DNA of 64,000 nucleotides from Oikopleura dioica (lineage: Eukaryota; Animalia; Chordata): positions 682,001-746,000 of the forward strand of contig OU015569.1 of the NCBI GenBank assembly GCA_907165135.1. The letters run 5' to 3'. Both the position numbers and the translations under genes were made by a program. Shown in pieces: positions 62,661-64,000 of this stretch. Position 1 is the first letter of the stretch; every line of letters begins with the position of its first letter. The notes beneath the pieces were generated by a model, which did no database searches, had not been told where the DNA came from, and was given only the letters and a program-made list of their open reading frames with translations.

Positions 62661-64000
62661 ATGGAATATGACATCAAGTTTAAAGAAGAAGACAAAGAAT
62701 GGATCACTTCGGGGCCGGCGTGGTGCCGTGCTTCGCGAGCATGGGCCGCTCGTCAGACGACAATGAAGAGAGAGGAACGCGGACTCAAGCAAGAAATGCG
62801 CGGCCCGGTCAGATCCACCATCACGGAGAAACTCAAAGCATTGGCGGACGGGGAGGATGATCCGACAGAAGACGATGACAACAACGTCTGGGAGCAGAAC
62901 ATGAAGCAGTGCGACGTTTGCCACTTGGACTTCAACTGCGACCGCGCAGCCACGAACCACTACATGGGCCAGAGACACAAAGCGATGGTCAAAATGGTGA
63001 AAATGAAACGAACCCGCGACAATATCTTAAAATCACAAGGAGTCGAACCCTCCGAGGACGACGAAAAGGTCAACTATCACGTCGAGTCGGAAACCTCGAG
63101 GCTCAACAAACGAGGAAGATTAGGTAGAAAAAAATGACTGATCTTAATAATTTTACTTCTTATATAATTTCAGCCGAAGATCGAGATGTCTTCCTCGACA
63201 AAATCAAAGATCTTCCCGAAGAAGAGCAAATGCGTCTGAGAGAAGAAAGAGTTCAAAAGATGAGTTACAAGAATGTTCAGCCCTCGTTTTACGCGACGAA
63301 GCAATTCATCAAAGAAGCATCTTTCTTCCGCGACGAGTTCGCGACCAAAGTCAGGTCCAGCTGGCAGCATCATCCGGGCAACCAGTACATTCAAGAGCGA
63401 ATGATGCGGGTGAGCTAGTTTCTTTAATATCGAGTCAAAAAATTCAAACTTGCAGTAGGATAAAGAGCGCCAGATGAAAGGTCTTCCAGTTCCGAAGCCA
63501 GTGCAAGTGGCGGAAGAAAATCGACCGAAGCCCCTCGGCGAGTCCTCAACATCTGCTCCACTAGCGATTGAAGACAACAAGGAGGAGGACGAAGAGCCAC
63601 CAGCGAAAAAGTCCCGAGTGCCACCAGCAATGACAGACAGTCTTTGCAGCGTCTGCAACGTTGAATTCTGCGGTCCGATTCCTGCCAAACAACACTACGA
63701 CGGACAGAAACACAGGAAGAAGATGAAACAATACGAAGACGGGAAAATTGAATCGTCAGTTGTTGTTAAAGCGACGCCAAGGAGGGTTGAGGAAGCAGTC
63801 GTGGCGAAAGTGGGGATGAACTTGGAGTATTGCGAGCTCTGTGAGCTGAAACTTTCCGACAATCCTGTTGCTGCGGCGAGACACTACTCGTCAAAGGAGC
63901 ATTTGAAATTCATGAAAATCGGCGTTGACACTCCAGGAAAGAGCTCTCAGTTTTGCTTCCATTTGAGAATGTACGTTCCATTAAAAAAATATGACTGAAA
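62661..64000 (+). CDS. Matrin/U1-type (dsRNA-binding) zinc finger protein, ZMAT/ZNF346/ZNF385-like; runs off the window
   Basis: Three CxxC-x12/13-H-x5-H fingers: CDVC..HYMGQRH, CSVC..HYDGQKH and CELC..HYSSKEH. Confidence 0.78.

Overview
Compact eukaryotic animal DNA with many 30-60 bp introns, dense genes and splice-acceptor-like YAG sites just upstream of several start codons. This fits an appendicularian tunicate (Oikopleura dioica-like), which is my inference rather than a lookup. About 20 intron-containing genes can be read: an SLC6 transporter, two ZP-domain genes, liprin-alpha (with an antisense EGF/mucin gene nested in an intron), NAE1, PGAP3, ICT1/MRPL58, a BTB-zinc finger gene, GABARAPL2, a 3CxxC (ZAR1-like) finger gene, a NHERF-like PDZ gene, SSBP/Ssdp, an MLK-type MAP3K, RRP36 and a matrin-type zinc finger gene. 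The non-coding DNA is saturated with non-autonomous DNA transposons. One hAT-like palindromic MITE family (CTRGG...CCYAG ends, 8-bp TSD) has roughly 40 full or partial copies, and there are MULE-, piggyBac- and Kolobok-like foldbacks plus a hairpin tipped with telomere repeats. The most notable observation is a MITE copy that sits inside coding sequence of the BTB-ZF gene and appears built to be spliced out in frame (introner-like). Gene coordinates are hand-derived spans from first to last coding base and include introns. Three 1-bp homopolymer deletions in conserved exons suggest some assembly error.
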